Assembly (NCBI GenBank): GCA_963514005.1
Contig: OY740798.1
Location: forward strand, 39,060,001 to 39,124,000
Source of the DNA: Raja brachyura
Taxonomy: Eukaryota
Direction: 5' to 3'
Length of the DNA: 64,000 nt
Shown here one piece after another: positions 63,926-64,000 of the stretch. Each line of letters begins with the position of its first letter. The stretch's first letter is position 1. A program made the position numbers and the translations under genes. The notes under the pieces were generated by a model. It searched no databases, had not been told where the DNA came from, and was given only the letters and a program-made list of their open reading frames with translations.

Positions 63926-64000
63926 GAGGAATGGTCCTTTGTCCCCTATTCATCTCTACCCATCTTTCAATTAGCCCTCCCCCTACCTGTACTCACATAT

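Noticed and set aside
59702-64000. Next upstream PHF21A exon (expected to end ...RKR in phase 1)
   Set aside because: I could not find it by eye. It probably lies beyond the window.

Overview
Eukaryotic vertebrate genomic DNA, inferred from its repeat complement (HER1-type CR1 LINEs, HE1/V-SINE-like SINEs, Penelope termini) to be a cartilaginous fish, probably a skate or ray. Two spliced genes converge tail-to-tail. On +, the last 10 coding exons of an ARHGAP1 (p50RhoGAP/Cdc42GAP, BCH + RhoGAP domains) gene run from 575 to 27781. On -, the 3' exons of PHF21A (BHC80; AT-hook, PHD finger, coiled coil) run from 59701 to 51339, including a 23-nt alternative microexon 44 nt from the AT-hook exon. 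The ~23.5 kb between the stop codons has no credible ORF and is probably two long 3' UTRs. The introns carry a Gypsy LTR element (TSD, tRNA-Ser PBS) with two nested CR1s, a Rex1/Babar LINE with an open RT frame, Tc1 elements, Harbinger-type MITEs, SINEs, and many Penelope-like termini with minimal hammerhead-ribozyme cores, some arranged as small hairpin elements with TSDs. Most ORFs in the supplied track are spurious or repeat-derived. Exons were read by hand from splice sites and frame continuity. Human protein comparisons are from memory, not a database search, and repeat boundaries are approximate unless a TSD is given.
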